DNA from: Candidatus Mediterraneibacter intestinigallinarum
Lineage (GTDB): Bacteria > Bacillota > Clostridia > Lachnospirales > Lachnospiraceae
DNA length: 63,200 bases
Assembly: GCA_019119265.1 (NCBI GenBank)
Contig: DWXI01000173.1
Location: 1 to 63,200, forward strand
Direction: 5' to 3'
In this document: in pieces, positions 60,251-63,200 of the stretch
Numbering within the stretch: the stretch's first letter is position 1
Layout: every line of letters begins with the position of its first letter
Translations under genes and position numbers: made by a program
Notes under the pieces: generated by a model
Told to the model about the DNA's origin: nothing
The model's database searches: none
The model's input: only the letters and a program-made list of their open reading frames with translations

Positions 60251-61921
60251 ATGAGAAAGAACAGAGAGATTAAAGCTATTTTTGCGGTGATGGCAGTGTT
60301 TTTCGCAGGATTTCTGGCAGTGCCCATGATCAGTGTCCTGGTAAAATCCTTCACCGGAAACGGAGAAACAGCATCGCTTTCCCACTACGTCGAGGTGCTG
60401 ACCGGAAGAGGCTTCCTGCGCGCTTTAGGGAACAGCTTTGCAATCTCCATATGCAGTGCGCTTCTCGCGACTGTCCTGGCCTTTATCCTGGCATACACGA
60501 TCCACTATACAAATGTGGGAAAAAGATATAAATGGCTGATCAGTAAGGCGGCGATCCTTCCTATGCTGCTCCCGACGATCACTTATGGATTTGCGATCAT
60601 TTATTCCTTTGGAAAGCAGGGACTGCTGACACAGCTCTTCGGAAGACAGCTCTTTGATATCTACGGATTCAACGGCCTTCTTCTGGGCTATGTAGTGTAT
60701 ACGCTCCCGATCGCATTTACCCTGATCAACAATGCCATGGGGTATATCGATAAGAGATTTATGATCGTGTCAAGGCTTATGGGGGATTCCCCGCTGCAGA
60801 CTTTCCGCATGACGATCGTGATCCCGCTTCTGGGAACCCTGGCAACGTCATTTATCCAGACTTTCTTCCTGTGCTTTACAGATTTCGGTATACCGGCGTC
60901 TGTAGGAGGACAGTATGAGGTTGTGGCGAGCGTGCTTTACGAAGAAATGCTCGGAAGTATCCCGAACTTTGGCAACGGTGCTGTCGTGGCGCTTGTCATG
61001 ATCATTCCGTCGGTAGTAAGTATCACGGTACTCCATATCCTGGAGAAATATAACGTGCGCTACAACAAGATCTCACCGATCGAGCTGAAGAAAGGCGTGA
61101 AGAGAGATATAGTATTTGCAGTATTGAGCGGCGCGGTCCTGATCTGTGCACTGAGTATGTTCATTGTTATGTTCGTGACTCCGTTCATCGAGGAGTGGCC
61201 TTACCGGATGAACTTTACACTGGAGCACGTACAGGCAGTGTTCGAAGACAGACAGCTCTACGGTGTATATGTAAACTCCGTGATCGTAGCCCTGATCACT
61301 GCGCTGGCAGGTACACTGATCGCCTATGGCGGTGCGCTGGTGACGGCCAGAAGTACAGTGAGTGGGAAATTGAAGAAGGTGATCGACAGTATCGCTCTGG
61401 TGACGAACACGATCCCCGGCATGGTCATCGGTCTTGCCTACCTGTTCGTGTTCACAGGAACACCGCTTCAGAATACCTTCCCTATCATCATCATTTGTAA
61501 CGTCGTCCACTATTTCTCGACGCCGTATTTGATGATGAAGAACTCTCTGTCCAAGATGAATGCATCGTGGGAGACGACAGCAATGCTGATGGGAGACAAC
61601 TGGATGAAGACGATCGCAAGAGTTGTGACCCCGAACGCCCTTTCCACACTGCTGGAGGTATTCAGTTACTACTTTGTAAATGCAATGGTCACAGTCAGCG
61701 CCGTTATCTTTATCGCAGGTGCAAGGACTATGGTCATCACGACTAAGATACAGGAACTTCAGTATTTTAATGAATTTAATGAAATCTTCGTGCTGTCGCT
61801 TCTGATCCTGTTCACAAATCTGATCGCAAGGGCAGTGTTCCGCAGACTGGCGAAGATGAGCGAGAGCAGACAGAAGACAGCAAAGATATACCGTTTTGCT
61901 GAAAAAAAGAAGGCTGCATAA
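60251..61921 (+). CDS. ABC importer permease (duplicated domain, FbpB/phosphonate-type)
   Basis: Two permease halves, PMLLPTITYG, FTDFGIPASVGG. Confidence 0.9.
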   Translation: MRKNREIKAIFAVMAVFFAGFLAVPMISVLVKSFTGNGETASLSHYVEVLTGRGFLRALGNSFAISICSALLATVLAFILAYTIHYTNVGKRYKWLISKAAILPMLLPTITYGFAIIYSFGKQGLLTQLFGRQLFDIYGFNGLLLGYVVYTLPIAFTLINNAMGYIDKRFMIVSRLMGDSPLQTFRMTIVIPLLGTLATSFIQTFFLCFTDFGIPASVGGQYEVVASVLYEEMLGSIPNFGNGAVVALVMIIPSVVSITVLHILEKYNVRYNKISPIELKKGVKRDIVFAVLSGAVLICALSMFIVMFVTPFIEEWPYRMNFTLEHVQAVFEDRQLYGVYVNSVIVALITALAGTLIAYGGALVTARSTVSGKLKKVIDSIALVTNTIPGMVIGLAYLFVFTGTPLQNTFPIIIICNVVHYFSTPYLMMKNSLSKMNASWETTAMLMGDNWMKTIARVVTPNALSTLLEVFSYYFVNAMVTVSAVIFIAGARTMVITTKIQELQYFNEFNEIFVLSLLILFTNLIARAVFRRLAKMSESRQKTAKIYRFAEKKKAA

Positions 61922-61990
61922 ACAGCATGGCATACAGCCTTCGACATCAGAAATAGAAAATATCATGAGTTTATAAGGAGAATTGTAATT

Positions 61991-63004
61991 ATGAAAAAGA
62001 TGATTTTTAAGAGAGCAGCATCACTTACACTTGCAGCGGCAGTGGCTGTGACAGGCATGGGACTTACAGGATGTGACACAGGTTCTTCAGGAGATCAGAT
62101 TATCATTTATTCTAATGCGGATGAGGAAGCTATCACGGCGATGGAAAACGCGCTTGACAACAATGGCTACGAGGGGCAGTACATGTTCCAGACATTCGGA
62201 ACTTCTGAGCTTGGCGGAAAGCTTCTGGCTGAGGGTACAGACATCGAGGCGGACATGGTGACTATGAGTACTTTCTATGTAGAGAGTGCGCAGGATCAGA
62301 ACTCTATGTTCCAGGATCTGACATTTGATGTAGATACGATCGATGAATTTGAGCCGTACTGTGCACCGATCACATCCCAGGAGGGTACGATTATTATCAA
62401 CACAGAAATGATGGAAGAAAATAACCTTCCGATGCCGGCATCCTTAAAGGATCTGGCTGATCCGGTATACAAAGGATACCTTTCTGTGACAGATATTTCG
62501 GCGTCTTCCACTGCATGGCTCCTTATCCAGGCGCTCGTATCCGCATACGGTGAGGATGGAGCACAGGAAGTGCTCACAGGCATCTATGAAAATGTAGGAG
62601 ATCACCTTGAGGATTCCGGTTCTGCACCGCTGAAGAAAGTACGCGCAGGAGAAGTGGCTATCGGATTCGGCCTTCGTCAGCAGGCGGTTGCAGATAAAGC
62701 AGACGGACTCCCGATCGACTACATTGATCCGGAGGAAGGAAACTTCAGTCTGACAGAGTCTGTTGCGATCGTAGACAAGGGCGACAACACAAATCCGCTG
62801 GCAATGGAAATGGCACAGTGCATTATCGAGAACGGGCGAGAAGAGCTGCAGTCCTACTATCCGAACGCACTGTATAACGGAGAGACTACAGATGCGGAAA
62901 ATAAATCAGCAAATCCGCAGGTGTTCCCGGAAAAACTGACAGTTGACCTTCTGGAGCAGCACCAGGCGATTTCCGAGGCGGCAAAAGAGGCGGCCGGACT
63001 GTAA
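61991..63004 (+). CDS. ABC importer substrate-binding lipoprotein
   Basis: Lipobox LTGC, GTSELGGKL.AEG, SL.DL.DP.YKG, SGS.P...VRAGE. Confidence 0.9.
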   Translation: MKKMIFKRAASLTLAAAVAVTGMGLTGCDTGSSGDQIIIYSNADEEAITAMENALDNNGYEGQYMFQTFGTSELGGKLLAEGTDIEADMVTMSTFYVESAQDQNSMFQDLTFDVDTIDEFEPYCAPITSQEGTIIINTEMMEENNLPMPASLKDLADPVYKGYLSVTDISASSTAWLLIQALVSAYGEDGAQEVLTGIYENVGDHLEDSGSAPLKKVRAGEVAIGFGLRQQAVADKADGLPIDYIDPEEGNFSLTESVAIVDKGDNTNPLAMEMAQCIIENGREELQSYYPNALYNGETTDAENKSANPQVFPEKLTVDLLEQHQAISEAAKEAAGL

Positions 63005-63024
63005 ATTGTGAAAAACTGTGAATC

Positions 63025-63057
63025 GGGACGTAGTAAAATCTGATTTTACTACGTCCC
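63025..63057. repeat. REP-like palindrome, copy 4
   Basis: GGGACGTAGTAAAATC-T-GATTTTACTACGTCCC after the SBP gene. Confidence 0.85.
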
Positions 63058-63200
63058 CAATCAACAATCAAAGTCTGCAAATAAAAAGTCAAGCAGAAAT
63101 TAATGAACTTTGAAAATTTTATACAGGTTGAAAAAAGAGTATCACAACAAGACCACCGAAGTGCGCTGGTCTGAAGCAAAGTATGGTATTAAAATCAGCT

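Noticed and set aside
25437-63057. Palindromic repeats as a CRISPR array
   Set aside because: Copies are isolated, with no repeat-spacer periodicity and no cas genes.
1-63200. rRNA, tRNA, integrase, reverse transcriptase
   Set aside because: No recognisable signatures by eye. A tRNAscan/Infernal/HMM run would be needed to exclude them formally.

Overview
63.2 kb chromosomal window from a spore-forming Firmicute (gene content and style suggest Lachnospiraceae/Clostridiales). It mixes housekeeping genes (DAHP synthase, pyk, glmS, plsY/ugtP-like, yitJ-like, spoVAC/AD/AE), many regulators and transporters, one complete IS1182-family element, a Phd/RelE-ParE toxin-antitoxin pair and several deletion-damaged pseudogenes. 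The most interesting region is about 8.5-17.1 kb. It holds a zinc-type macrodomain, a SifR/YwnA-like Rrf2 repressor and an HxlR regulator. It also holds an operon of a 46-aa ACGX-repeat Cys peptide (missing from the ORF track), a radical SAM/SPASM maturase, a nitroreductase remnant, a PNPOx-ferredoxin fusion and a class M sirtuin (SirTM). The macrodomain promoter and the peptide promoter carry the same TGTAA-N9-TTACA operator. This suggests a co-regulated system coupling a RiPP to reversible ADP-ribosylation, without the usual GcvH-L/LplA2 lipoyl carrier. Also seen: a shared 11-bp-phased operator before three dispersed loci, four REP-like palindromes, two MITE-like leader hairpins, Pho-box-like sites before an ABC importer, and spoVAC divergent from spoVAD-AE. 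No rRNA, tRNA or CRISPR array was seen. Functional calls rest on motif recognition only, with no database search.
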